From positions 1-64,000 of the forward strand of contig JAZLKX010000037.1 in NCBI GenBank assembly GCA_045597865.1: a stretch of 64,000 nucleotides of DNA, read 5' to 3'. The stretch is from Bacilli bacterium. GTDB taxonomy: Bacteria; Bacillota_I; Bacilli_A; RFN20; CAG-826. Of this stretch, positions 40,501 to 48,281 are shown piece by piece. The notes beneath the pieces were generated by a model that saw nothing but the letters and a program-made list of their open reading frames with translations, was not told the origin of the DNA and ran no database searches. The stretch's first letter is position 1, and every line of letters begins with the position of its first letter. A program made the translations under genes and the position numbers.

Positions 40501-43451
40501 ACGTTGTCTACTATGGCAACAACACCGAACCAGGCGTTGGTAAAGCCATTATCCAATTCATTGGTGAATACGCCGATGTACAAACCAGAACAGTTGAATT
40601 CGATATTAAAGGTACAAGACTTGATAACTCAGCAACTAATGCTGATGGAAGATCAACAGTAGTCGTTGTCAACGATGAAGGATTTGATCCAGAAATCTCA
40701 CTTTATGCTAAGTTAGTTGAAGATGTACCACAAGACATTAAAGATCAAGCAGCATTAGGTGGTAGATTCTACGGTACATACGGGGACTACGAAATCAAGT
40801 TGTTTGATAAGGATGGCAATGAAGTTCAACCATCCGATATTAAGGAAGGCACAGTCTTAACACTTATGATTCAACTTCCTGATGAACTTCAAGGTAGAGA
40901 TGTCAAACTCGTTCACTACCATAGTGCAGATGATATCTCAGTAATTGTTAAAGGCGATGAAGCCGGAATCGGCACATACGTCATCACAGAGGAGGGTTAT
41001 ATCGTGACTCAAATTAACAAATTCTCAAACTTCTCATTAATTTATGAGGAAACATGTTTAGCACACTGGTTTATGATTACAGCCGCTGTACTTAACATCT
41101 TACTTGTCGCATCCGTTATTATTATGGGCAAGAAACAATCCAAAGCATTAGGCATTGGCGCAATTGTTGGTCTTGCTGTTATGAGCGGTGTCGGCGCAAT
41201 CTTTGCTCACTGTATGATTTGCTGGGTAATGCTTGGCATCAACGGTGCAATGATTTTATTTGATATCTTATTCTTCTGCTTATGGAAGGGTAAAGAAGAG
41301 CCACAAGCTCCTCAAGCACAACCACAAGTTGTTTATGTACAACAACCTGCTCCACAACAAGTTATCGTTCAACAAGTCGCTGCTCCAGCACCAGCTGCTG
41401 AACCAGCACCTGCTCCAGCTCCAGTTCAAGAAGCTCCACAAGAGGCACTTACTCTTAAAGAATCTATGGCTAAAGCTGCAGAAGTTGTTAGCGAACTTAA
41501 AGTTACAAAAGAAGTTGTTGCTAAGTATTTAGAAAGCAAATATCCAAACAACACAATTGTTAATAGAAAAGCCAATTATACTAAGACTGGCTTACCATTA
41601 GCCGATACCCATTATGTCTTATTCGGCGAAAACAAGAAATGTTTCATTTATGTTTATGAACTTGATAGTGAAGCATTCTTCATTGTTAGAACAACCGAAG
41701 AAATCGCAAATGCTATTGCCGCAAAACATCCACTTACAGCTCCAAGTGCATTCCCAGCAACTAGAGATGGTGGTAAATGGTTTGCTGTCATGTTCGATGA
41801 TTCATACAAATCAATTGATGATGTTAATGAAGTAATCGATATGGTTATTGCAGGCTATGGCGCAGAAGCAGTTCAAGCTGAAGAACCAAAAGAACCATTA
41901 AGCTTAAAAGAATCTATGGCTCAAGCAGCTGCAGTTGCTAGTGAACTTCATATTAATAAGGATGTTGTTGCTAAATACTTAAGCGAAAATCATAAAGCTA
42001 ATGTTGAGGTCAATAGAAAGCCTAACTTTACTAAGACCGGACTCCCATTAGCCGATACCCATTACGTCTTATTCGGCGAAAACATGAGAAAATGCTTCAT
42101 GTACGTATATGAAGTAAATGATGAAGCATTCTTCATTGTTAGAACTAGCGAGGACGTCTATAAAGCAATTAAAGCAAAACACGCTTCAGTTGCTCCATCA
42201 GCATTCCCAGCAACTAGAGATGGTGGTAAATGGTTTACAGTTATGTTTGATAAGTCATTTAAGTCAAATGAAGACGTATATGACGTTATTGAAATGGTTC
42301 TTGCAAGCTATGACAACTATGTTCCAGAAGAAAAACCTGAACCAGTTAAAGAGCCAGAACCAGTAGTTGAACCAGCACCAGTTCCAGAAGTTGTTGAAGA
42401 AGATGAAGAAGGCATCGCATACAAGTATATCTTCTCATTCTCCGCACGTTTAATCCGTGCAGGTGATGATAGACAAGATTTCTATAACGCAATTAAGAAC
42501 CATGCCTTAAGCTATAAGAAGGTTGCTTCTAAGATTAGCTGGGGCCACGAATTAATTAAACTTGGACGTATTAAAATCTGCGAATTAAAGGTAAAGGGTA
42601 AGACCTTATGCGTCTATCTCCCACTTGATCCAGATAAATATGACCAAGAAAGAATGTTCTATCAAGATATGAGAGTTGAAGGCAAGGAAGTTGAATTCCC
42701 AATGATGCTCAAAGTTAAATCAGACCGTGGTGTTAAATACGCTTGTGAACTCATTGATGAAGTTATGAAGAACAACGAAATTCCACATAACGACAACTAT
42801 GAAGAACAAGATTATCGTTTACCACATATGAGCATTGAAGAAATGCTTACAAGCGACCCAGTATTAGCCAAATTAACTGATGGTAGTGAAGTTCCAGTTC
42901 CAGAAAAGAAGCCAGAACCTAAACCAGAACCAGTTAAAGTTGAAGAACCAGCACCAGTCGTAGTTGAAGAAGAAGATGCAGGATTTGATTACAAATATAG
43001 CTTCTCATTCTCTGCTAGACTTATCCGTGCAGGTCAAGATAGACAAGACCTCTATAATGCTATTAAAAACGACATTCTTGCATATAAGAAAGTTGCTTCA
43101 AAGATTAGCTGGGGTCACGAACTCTTCAAACTTGGTAGAATCAAACTTGCTCAAATCAAAGTAAAAGGAAAAACACTTTGTGTCTACCTTCCACTTGATC
43201 CAGATAAATATGATGCAGATAGACTCTTCTTCAAAGATATGAGAGTCGAAGGTAAAGAAGTTGAATTCCCAATGATGATGAAAGTTAAATCAGATCGTGC
43301 AGTCAAGTATGTTGCTGAATTAATGAGAGACGTCATGGCAAACAATGGAATTGTCCGTGTTGAAGATTATGTTGAACAAGATTATAGACTTCCTGAAATG
43401 AGCCTTGAAAAGATGCTCAAGGAAGGTCTTGCAAAAGATTTAACCAAATAA
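31551..43451 (+). CDS. Giant (3966 aa) membrane-spanning surface protein: signal sequence, two Gly-rich domains, MucBP/InlB-B-like and many ~80-aa stalk repeats, 3-TM anchor, four cytoplasmic domains
   Basis: Uninterrupted 11.9-kb ORF with a GAGGTG SD; repeats and hydrophobic segments are visible in the translation. Confidence 0.9.
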   Translation: MNRKTKKELKHKVVSKTQAVLAGVLALNTIGVVTAASLREQISKELKAEQIANATGKNKISIDGVSISLDQELNDNGDGTYSLGLKTSSNLTYEDMSVRATKIQAGYYEAEKDGSYMLEIWGGDGASGQNTIYSHGGKGGKGGHLYAVAELKAGDILFYTIGGNGQQTLSNDKGGGANGDGGDHGDTGNYYVGGGGGYTAVYKFTAKDNIANKFRNDYLDANGNLKVTGLNESDRTTKYIMIAGGGGGGGAGNGASVINRSIRTPDGGDAGSFASQYGDHDSSYTVEGRFYAGSNGFSSGKSQEFIGNGATDMPGEVNRTYVEWFAGKKPNDWEGTNNPKYPGGSGGAGNLRGGAGGAGFAGGSGGVMAGLLIGTDVGGGGGGSSFVAKSLLAPQEDQKKYISNKNSSTVGGAVYVSYMPGSDDLTYLDNLTLEGDISKYFDVVSATAHDSAGNSLPITVNNNKFSASGIKASPSSTAGEGKSSLIELKLKPVNGFMGGNDVPIFKQENVTYSYTKQSVPHTADMGLIEKCSYVNVPYAFDLTTHNYTKSGSAEEPCTELKVSDLFDDKGYVAEKADASKSYLYDFIDSVTDYVIQSDGATYEKSEQLTLSESKMFEVSYTVRPKDGSKAIVGEKLKLKTFKKNAKVTIVEIKKNELNGILMTYERTLNYNASNDTYDLALNVSANYQVPKQRVGEFTFANKGSGTYVIPETGIYVLQLWGGYGGRGGDNGYSGGQPGERGYMLQPIRLEAGQTITYTIAQNGSNGSEGSFLGEGRRAEGGKATVVSIDGERILAAAGSGGGGGALWTGPGGQKGENVSDTKTINVYSEGTGDSSQGKSVFGQAGGTSGLGQNAGGWAGVNYKNDTYFAGQSIDQRMIPTDFARADYSATNGGALYVYALGEVPVLDGYSVESEFTDNFVLEGKSISGATGTETSDGYADIAPNVTISGGVFSLAFTVTYTLSPAATCLGGYDIKLLNAMTLSQVDTDGNFENDSIKVKDPNVETEGDYPTDYANVRILPSLLDQFTLTVNDTEYIQGREAIDTSSLYSASTTFDPTGTKLEIKEASESFGEGVTSVAPNQTTDYPISYGLQCAGEAEKAVVGPNLEPLVLNSAARVTVYHEIQYELTNINVDAGTTEVGAEKIYSYTPGENYVAHLTPEVGMELPEEISVTIDDQVYTGFTWDISNPDEGELTIPGSVLGNDSKVIVSGTAKTRTFKLHYLVATDETGYSTQDYVVELEPGTKDADLDDAINGLLAKYNYAEHPIEGYTFVIEFPDGDRSTFTEMPPYDVWINGTYQPNPHTLTINYVDESGDPLPGVAPYLEPNEDCGCYNNKDIDVLTPVVEQYAPIKVQKVVDGTPEDVELNPARIQFTMPDDDVELNVVYKNTASSVVVNYQCKDPDIIDFDPFISTGTTGSSYDIPVPTVPGYTATMSPEPVGTYQANGESIIVTYAPTEYTIKFDSAITDVEYKEFDDRVAFYGHEIGYTLVKTTEDPDPVYEDATYVPLPTPVRVGYTFMGWSYGGSQVTSTTVLNKTGEITLTAMWKKLVTQVTEENCVVRFTPSTFEYDGNEHIPTIEVLVNNKILTKDVDYQLLLPLDCTSSGSKEVTVSFIGEYSGTITDSFTITPKNIPSTDLDVEDISGNAYTFTGEAITPTPYVKDGDTELICGTDYVYQYSNNVEKGNAKVTVHFIGNYANTPDVVRPFTISARDITDDGVISVGNIPTDPVPYTGTPYTPEVSVTFTDEIGTTPLVKGVDYTVVYDDNVDAGEATITIRFINNYENTPDVVKHFTIEGAPIDTSKLSVTGIETEGYTYTGSEIKPSPLTVIYDGVELVEGKDFVVSYEDNVNVNSSSNNPRAVIEFIGNYDGNDDYEIEFDINPKEIHNPTTGEPPALIVYPLPTEDNPMVLHDTGDTPDLSSIIIGDNENHLTLVEGVDYDIIIDDEELGTAHIEFKGNYEGTDDINIFFVVKAPVVAPIADQKYTGEQLTPIPVVTFNDVALVENTDYTVSYGTNIAVGENSGLVTVTFIGEYADLETLTVEVKFNIVKNTIDARDLVVSNIDPMIYDGSQLTPTPTVTYNGVTLTKDVDYELDYGENIHAGDGAGKVVITLIGGYSSENKKTVYFDILPKEVPSPTDPTGGLVIEPLPDESDPMQVPNNGKDPVDFGPITITDPVTGEELRNPEDFTLVDDGDGEGHIEFHGDYEGTPDVPFNYVLTDPEITSTIEDQPYTGEPIEPEVIVEFDGETLTEGVDYVVRYEDNDVIGEAKVIVEFIGDYEGCPDKELPFNIVQSTIDPDPSKLVIGEIADQPFTGFQITPEPSVTYNGVVLTAGKDYTYSYGENIHAGTDAGSVTISFIGGFTGEDVDKTFNILPKQVEDPTNPDTGLTITPVPDQDNPIKVPPTSGDPKLPITITDPETGEELRNPEDFTIEFDPDTGEAHIEFHGDYEGTPDVDVFYEVEEIVIDPIDDQEYTGEQSTPVPHITFNGEDLVEGEDYTIDYGDNDETGDGTIIITYIGDFADVTPNPDTITFNIVVNNMDAHDLVVDYIDPMTYTGSQLIPDNVVVKYNGIVLTEDVDYELSYGENIHAGEGNGKVIVSMIGGFESENTKTVYFDILPKEVEDPTDPDTGLIIEPLPDESDPMQIPNNGKDPIEFEEIVITDPVTGEELRNPEDFTLVDDGDGDGRIVFHGDYEGTPDVPFKYEIVDPEIETEIEDQPYTGEPIEPEIIVTFDGEELEEGVDYIVRYEDNDEVDEAKVIVEFIGDYEGCEDQEITFNIVPTTVDESLVEVADVEDQTYTGSQIKPTPEVKYNGVVLTAGKDFTYNYGENVHAGEDAGTVIIEFIGGFEGDDVEKTFNITPKQITDPDDPDTGLDIEPRSTEEDPIVVPDKGDGSNPDLMPIEIKDKETGETLTNPEDFEIVIDDEEGHAHIEFKGDYEGTPDIPLFYEVQEVKVNIPTQPFSGEEVKPHPEVTFAGETLTEGVDYVVYYGNNTEPGVGKAIIQFIGEYADVQTRTVEFDIKGTRLDNSATNADGRSTVVVVNDEGFDPEISLYAKLVEDVPQDIKDQAALGGRFYGTYGDYEIKLFDKDGNEVQPSDIKEGTVLTLMIQLPDELQGRDVKLVHYHSADDISVIVKGDEAGIGTYVITEEGYIVTQINKFSNFSLIYEETCLAHWFMITAAVLNILLVASVIIMGKKQSKALGIGAIVGLAVMSGVGAIFAHCMICWVMLGINGAMILFDILFFCLWKGKEEPQAPQAQPQVVYVQQPAPQQVIVQQVAAPAPAAEPAPAPAPVQEAPQEALTLKESMAKAAEVVSELKVTKEVVAKYLESKYPNNTIVNRKANYTKTGLPLADTHYVLFGENKKCFIYVYELDSEAFFIVRTTEEIANAIAAKHPLTAPSAFPATRDGGKWFAVMFDDSYKSIDDVNEVIDMVIAGYGAEAVQAEEPKEPLSLKESMAQAAAVASELHINKDVVAKYLSENHKANVEVNRKPNFTKTGLPLADTHYVLFGENMRKCFMYVYEVNDEAFFIVRTSEDVYKAIKAKHASVAPSAFPATRDGGKWFTVMFDKSFKSNEDVYDVIEMVLASYDNYVPEEKPEPVKEPEPVVEPAPVPEVVEEDEEGIAYKYIFSFSARLIRAGDDRQDFYNAIKNHALSYKKVASKISWGHELIKLGRIKICELKVKGKTLCVYLPLDPDKYDQERMFYQDMRVEGKEVEFPMMLKVKSDRGVKYACELIDEVMKNNEIPHNDNYEEQDYRLPHMSIEEMLTSDPVLAKLTDGSEVPVPEKKPEPKPEPVKVEEPAPVVVEEEDAGFDYKYSFSFSARLIRAGQDRQDLYNAIKNDILAYKKVASKISWGHELFKLGRIKLAQIKVKGKTLCVYLPLDPDKYDADRLFFKDMRVEGKEVEFPMMMKVKSDRAVKYVAELMRDVMANNGIVRVEDYVEQDYRLPEMSLEKMLKEGLAKDLTK
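37700..40600 (+). repeat. Internal tandem duplication (~1.46-kb period) in the giant gene
   Basis: Identical 41-mer AGAAATCCAGAAGACTTCACATTAGTTGATGATGGTGATGG at 38091 and 39555; AATGGTGTGGTACTAACCGCTGGTAAAGA at 38523 and 39981. Boundaries are approximate. Confidence 0.85.
41448..43448 (+). repeat. Two pairs of duplicated cytoplasmic domains (A-A-B-B)
   Basis: A repeats start near 41450 and 41900 (LKESMA...TKTGLPLADTHY...PSAFPATRDGGKWF); B repeats start near 42420 and 42990 (FSFSARLIRAG...KISWGHE...KGKTLCVYLPLDP...KVKSDR). Confidence 0.9.
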
Positions 43452-43465
43452 TCAAACAATCATAT

Positions 43466-43499
43466 AAAAAAGTGTTGCATGAAAGTGCAGCACTTTTTT
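43466..43499 (+). terminator. Terminator after the giant gene
   Basis: AAAAAAGTGTTGCAT-gaaa-GTGCAGCACTTTTTT. Confidence 0.85.
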
Positions 43500-43521
43500 C
43501 ATATTATGTTAGAATATTCCC

Positions 43522-44661
43522 ATGAAAAAATTCTTCAAAGAAATGTTTTCTAGAGATGAAGTAAACACCGGAAGACAAATTGAAATAGATATTGCTAAAG
43601 CAATCTGTATCATTGGAATGATATTGGTGCATGCATTTGAGCAACTTCCTTTTATTGAAGGAAGCGGTGGAGCTGGCGAATTCTTCTTGATGCGCATCGG
43701 AAACACCATTTTTGGCGCTACCTTGTTCATGTTTTGTATGGGTGTGGGTATTTCATATACCAAGAAAAATACGCCTAACTTAATTATATTAAGAGGTTTA
43801 ACAATCTTTATTATTGGTTTTGTTCTTAATTTTCTAAGAATTACTCTTGGAATGCTTATTGCTAATGCTGTTACTCCAGGAACATATTCCACAAACATAT
43901 TAATTATAGAATTACTTCAAAACGATATCTTGGTTTTTGCAGGTCTTGCAATGATGTTGTTCGGATTACTAAAGAAGTTAAGAATTCCTGGCTGGGGTAT
44001 CTTAGTTATTTCACTAGTAATGTCAATTCTTGGCACCATATTCAAAGGCTATGATTTACAAAATGTTTATGGAAACTGCATTGTTGGTTGGTTTATTGGC
44101 ACTATCTATCCAGGCATTCAATTTAACACTACAAGTTTCTTCCCATTATGCAACTGGTTTATCCTTGTTGCAGCAGGATATTGTTTTGCTTGGATTTTAA
44201 AAAGAGTCGAGAAAAAGGGTAGATTTTATATGGTATTCTCGAGTATTTCCGCAATTTGCATCGGTTTATACATTGGATTGTGTATTGGTCCAAAAGTAGG
44301 TTTTTTCCAAGAAGATTTCATCTGCACATATCATATTGCAACTTACGATGTTCTTATTAGTTTGTGTGGTGCAGTCTTTGCATTTGGACTTTATTATGGT
44401 CTTTCAAAAATACTTCCAAAAATTGTTCTTAAAGGTGCAACGACAATGTCAAAATATATCAATACAATTTACTGCTTACAGTGGGTTATTTATGGAAACC
44501 TTACAATAATATTTGATTGTCTTGCCTCAGACTTTTATTTTGAAGCTTGGCAAGTAATGTTGTTTGGCTTTGGCATTCTAGTTATTTCTGTATTTATTGC
44601 CTGGATTTATAAAGGCGTCATAGTTAAATCAATTAAAAAGCACAAGGAAGTTGCGGCTTAA
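43522..44661 (+). CDS. Membrane acyltransferase-like protein (DUF1624/HGSNAT-like)
   Basis: RQIEIDIAKAICIIGMILVH, FMFCMGVG, RG.....G..LN and DILVFAG; about 10 TM helices. Confidence 0.75.
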   Translation: MKKFFKEMFSRDEVNTGRQIEIDIAKAICIIGMILVHAFEQLPFIEGSGGAGEFFLMRIGNTIFGATLFMFCMGVGISYTKKNTPNLIILRGLTIFIIGFVLNFLRITLGMLIANAVTPGTYSTNILIIELLQNDILVFAGLAMMLFGLLKKLRIPGWGILVISLVMSILGTIFKGYDLQNVYGNCIVGWFIGTIYPGIQFNTTSFFPLCNWFILVAAGYCFAWILKRVEKKGRFYMVFSSISAICIGLYIGLCIGPKVGFFQEDFICTYHIATYDVLISLCGAVFAFGLYYGLSKILPKIVLKGATTMSKYINTIYCLQWVIYGNLTIIFDCLASDFYFEAWQVMLFGFGILVISVFIAWIYKGVIVKSIKKHKEVAA

Positions 44662-44663
44662 GA

Positions 44664-44684
44664 AAAAAGGCCTAGAGGCCTTTT
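44664..44684. terminator. Short bidirectional terminator
   Basis: AAAAAGGCCT-ag-AGGCCTTTT between convergent genes. Confidence 0.65.
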
Positions 44685-46335
44685 ATTCATATCTTTTGTC
44701 GTTTTCTTCTTGAAGTTTCTTGAAGTCAACTTTTCCAAGCATCGTATGTGGAAGTTCTTTTACGAATTCAATTTCTTTTGGAACTGCCCATCTAATTAAA
44801 TACTTGCGTGCGTATTCCATTATTGTGCGTTTCATACCTTCTTCGTCAAAGTATTTAGCAACAACGAATACTTTGATTGCTGAAACAAGCTTTGGATCAG
44901 GGATTCTAATTGCACAACACTCGCTGACGCCCGGCACTGTTTCTACAAGGTTTTCAACCTCACTTGGGAAGACTGCAACACCAGATACTTTTACGACTCT
45001 TTTAATACGTTGTTTGAAGAAAACAAAACCGTCTTCATCCATGTATCCCATATCGCCTGTTTTGAGCCAACCATCTTCAGTAAATGTCTTCTTTGTTGCT
45101 TCTTCATCATTAAAGTAACAAAGCATTTTTGATGGGGATTTTACGGCGATTTCCCCTATATTTCCCGGTTTAATTGGTTTTCCAGCCTCATCAAGGATTG
45201 TCATTTCAACATCTTCGATTGGTTTACCGATTGAGTCTGATTTATTGTTCTTAAATGTATTAACGCAGACGACTGCAATAGACTCTGTGAGACCATATCC
45301 TTCAAAGACTCTACACTTGCTTCCGGCCTTACTCATTGCATCATCAAATCTTTGTTTTAAGGAAACGTTCATTTTGTCTCCACCAGAGAATGCAGAGTCA
45401 ACTTTTGCTAAAGATTTATGATTTAAGAATTTTTCATCTTTTAAAAGTTCTTCATAAACACCTGGAATACCTACAATAACTGATAATTGCACTTTATCCA
45501 TTGCTTGAACTACAGCTTTTGTTGTGAATTTTGGGATGAGAACAGATGCAAGACCATTATAAAGTGGCATGTGCATTGTAATTCCAAGACCAAAACCATG
45601 GAAACTTGGCAAAATTGATAACATTCCTTTTCCGCGAGCTTCCTCTTTGCTTACACAAGCCATTTCTTCGAAGTGAGCTGCTAAAAAGTTGAATGCATTA
45701 TTGGATAAACAGATTGTTTTTGGGTTTCCAGTGGTTGAACCGCTATGTAAAAGGATAGCAGTTTTGCTTGGATCATTGTCGACTGCTTTAACTTTCTTTC
45801 CGGTTGGTTTATGAGACTCAAGTAAATCAAACCCTTTGAAGCTTCCTCTCCATGGTCCGAGCTTTCTTTGAATGGCTCTATTCATGAAGGTGTGATAGAA
45901 AATTTTCTTAAAGAACGGGAGATGGTCCTCAATACGTGTTACAACGATTTTTCCATCAAAATCCCTGTAATTTTCAATTTCTTTTGCAATTCTTTGCTCA
46001 AATAAGATTGCTAAAACACAACGATTTTTCTTATAAATTGAAAGTATTCTATTGAATGGTGTAAATGGGTGAACAAAGTTAGTGACTGCACCAATTTTGT
46101 TAAGAGCATAGAAACAAATTAGGACTTCTGGAATATTTGGTTGAGCAAGTAAAACACAATCACCTTTTTTAATTCCAAAATCATGAACAAGGATGTCAGC
46201 CATACGGTCGACTTCGTTCATGAATTTATTGAATCTTATTTTTCTGCCTTGATAAAAAACAGCAACAGATTTTTCATTATTAGATGCTGCTTCTTGCACA
46301 GCTTGATACATTGATAACTTTTCATTAATTTCCAT
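44683..46335 (-). CDS. AMP-dependent acyl-CoA ligase (long-chain fatty acid CoA ligase-like)
   Basis: HSGSTTGNPK, EGYGLTE, WLKTGDMG, VFPSEVE and LPHTMLGK. Confidence 0.9.
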   Translation of the reverse strand: MEINEKLSMYQAVQEAASNNEKSVAVFYQGRKIRFNKFMNEVDRMADILVHDFGIKKGDCVLLAQPNIPEVLICFYALNKIGAVTNFVHPFTPFNRILSIYKKNRCVLAILFEQRIAKEIENYRDFDGKIVVTRIEDHLPFFKKIFYHTFMNRAIQRKLGPWRGSFKGFDLLESHKPTGKKVKAVDNDPSKTAILLHSGSTTGNPKTICLSNNAFNFLAAHFEEMACVSKEEARGKGMLSILPSFHGFGLGITMHMPLYNGLASVLIPKFTTKAVVQAMDKVQLSVIVGIPGVYEELLKDEKFLNHKSLAKVDSAFSGGDKMNVSLKQRFDDAMSKAGSKCRVFEGYGLTESIAVVCVNTFKNNKSDSIGKPIEDVEMTILDEAGKPIKPGNIGEIAVKSPSKMLCYFNDEEATKKTFTEDGWLKTGDMGYMDEDGFVFFKQRIKRVVKVSGVAVFPSEVENLVETVPGVSECCAIRIPDPKLVSAIKVFVVAKYFDEEGMKRTIMEYARKYLIRWAVPKEIEFVKELPHTMLGKVDFKKLQEENDKRYE

Positions 46336-46482
46336 AATAAAACACCTAATTTCAAGAAATTATTTTACATTATTAACGCATCTAATCATACACGCAAAAT
46401 TAAATAAAAAACTTAAATAAATTGAGTTTTTTATTCCTTGATGATAAACTATGTTTAATTTCAGAAAGGAGGAGCTTTTTAC

Positions 46483-48279
46483 ATGTTATATGTATTTAAA
46501 AAGTTCACTGTTAAAAACTGGCTCTATGTTGGCTTAATTTTACTTTTGACTTTGATCCAAGTATTTTTCACTATGGAAATTGTTGGTTCAGTTAACGGTA
46601 TAACAGGAACAATTACAAGCATTAACCCAAAAGGTGTTCCATCAACTGTAATTACTCAAACAATTGATGAAGTTTGGGTTTGGGGATTATACATGATTGT
46701 TTGTGCATTGTTCTTGGCTGCTGCTCAAATTGGTATTCAATTTTTAGCATCAGCAAACGCAGCAAGTATTGCCACAAATTTGCGTAACTCATTATATGAG
46801 AAGGTTAATAAATTCTCATTAAGTGACTTAGCAAATTTCTCAACTGAATCATTAATTACACGTACAACAAACGATATTCAAAACATCCATATGGCCTTGC
46901 TTATGGCCTTTAGAACAATCTTTGTTGCACCTATCACAATGATTTGGTCAATTCTTTTACTTGTCGAGACCGCCTCAACAGAATTAACTTTAGTTACAGC
47001 AATTTGGCTTGTACTAATGATTATTGTTGTAGTTGTGTTGATGGTTCTTGTAATGCCAAAATTCAAAATCACCCAAAAATTAACTGATGATTTGAACGTT
47101 GCATCAAGAGAAAACTTAACTGGCGTTAGAGTTGTTCGTGCATTTAATGCTGAAGAGTATCAAGAAGGTAAATTTAAAGTTACTAATGATAGATACACAA
47201 AATTACAAATTTTTGTTGGTAAGGCTGTCGCATTATTTACTCCATTCATTACTTTTGTAATGATGGGATTAACTTTAACAATCCTTTGGGTGTCAGCTTA
47301 CATCATTAATGGAAACAGCATTGCAGATGCTCAACCAATGTTTGCAGCCACAAACTCATTTGTTATGTTAGCAACTCAAATTGTTATGAGCTTTGTTGTT
47401 CTTATTACTATTATGATTCTCTGGCCTCGTGCTTGCGTGTGTGCTAGACGTATTAAAGAAGTAATGACTCACGAAATCTCAGTCAAGGATCCAGAAAATC
47501 CTGTTGAGTTTACTGAACACGGAACTATTGAATTTAAAGATGTTGGTTTTGCTTATCCAGGTTCAGAAAAGGAATCAGTTAGCCACATTTCTTTCAAAGT
47601 TAATCAAGGAGAAACCATTGCATTTATTGGTGCAACAGGTTCTGGAAAAACAACTGTAATTAATATGATTCCAAGATTCGCTGATGCAACAAGCGGCGAG
47701 GTTTTTGTCAATGGTGTTAATGTTAAAAATGTTAAGCAAGAAACACTTCGAAATGTTATTGGTTACACACCACAAAGAGGATTCCTATTTAAGGGAAATA
47801 TCCGCGAAAACATAGCGTTTTCTAACGTAAATCTCAAATTAAAGGACATTCAAGAGGCTGCCAAAATTGCTGAAGCAGACTCCTTTGTAATGGCTAAATC
47901 TGAACAATATGAATCAGCTGTTGCGCAAGGCGGAACAAACTTTTCTGGCGGACAAAAACAAAGACTTTGTATTGCACGTTCAGTTGCAAAGAAACCAGAG
48001 ATTTTAATCTTTGATGATTCGTTCTCTGCTCTTGACTACAAAACTGACAAGATTGTTCGTTCAAATATCAAAAAGTCTCTTCCTGGCACTACAAGAGTAA
48101 TTATTGCTCAACGTGTCGGAACAATTATGGATGCTGACCAAATTGTTGTTTTAGATAAAGGCCTAGTTGTTGGATTGGGTAAACACCAAGACTTAATTCA
48201 CAATTGTCCTGTCTATCAAGAGATTGCACTCTCTCAACTTTCCGCTGAAGAGTTAGGTCTTAAGAAAGGAGGCAAATAA
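46483..48279 (+). CDS. Heterodimeric ABC exporter subunit 1 (degenerate site, TM287-like)
   Basis: TMD plus NBD; GATGSGKT, FSGGQKQR, non-canonical Walker B IFDD and switch IAQR. Confidence 0.92.
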   Translation: MLYVFKKFTVKNWLYVGLILLLTLIQVFFTMEIVGSVNGITGTITSINPKGVPSTVITQTIDEVWVWGLYMIVCALFLAAAQIGIQFLASANAASIATNLRNSLYEKVNKFSLSDLANFSTESLITRTTNDIQNIHMALLMAFRTIFVAPITMIWSILLLVETASTELTLVTAIWLVLMIIVVVVLMVLVMPKFKITQKLTDDLNVASRENLTGVRVVRAFNAEEYQEGKFKVTNDRYTKLQIFVGKAVALFTPFITFVMMGLTLTILWVSAYIINGNSIADAQPMFAATNSFVMLATQIVMSFVVLITIMILWPRACVCARRIKEVMTHEISVKDPENPVEFTEHGTIEFKDVGFAYPGSEKESVSHISFKVNQGETIAFIGATGSGKTTVINMIPRFADATSGEVFVNGVNVKNVKQETLRNVIGYTPQRGFLFKGNIRENIAFSNVNLKLKDIQEAAKIAEADSFVMAKSEQYESAVAQGGTNFSGGQKQRLCIARSVAKKPEILIFDDSFSALDYKTDKIVRSNIKKSLPGTTRVIIAQRVGTIMDADQIVVLDKGLVVGLGKHQDLIHNCPVYQEIALSQLSAEELGLKKGGK

Positions 48280-48281
48280 TC

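Noticed and set aside
31843-43164. Numerous 60-110 aa alternative-frame and antisense ORFs inside the giant gene, and similar ones inside other long genes
   Set aside because: Shadow ORFs caused by codon bias and repeats; no SD or recognisable motifs.
37700-43448. Repeats as a CRISPR array or as DGR template/variable repeats
   Set aside because: They are in-frame protein domain duplications with no repeat-spacer pattern, no adenine-specific divergence noticed, and no cas or reverse transcriptase gene in the window.
43522-46335. Acyltransferase-like gene plus acyl-CoA ligase as one pathway
   Set aside because: They are convergent, separately promoted genes; only proximity links them.
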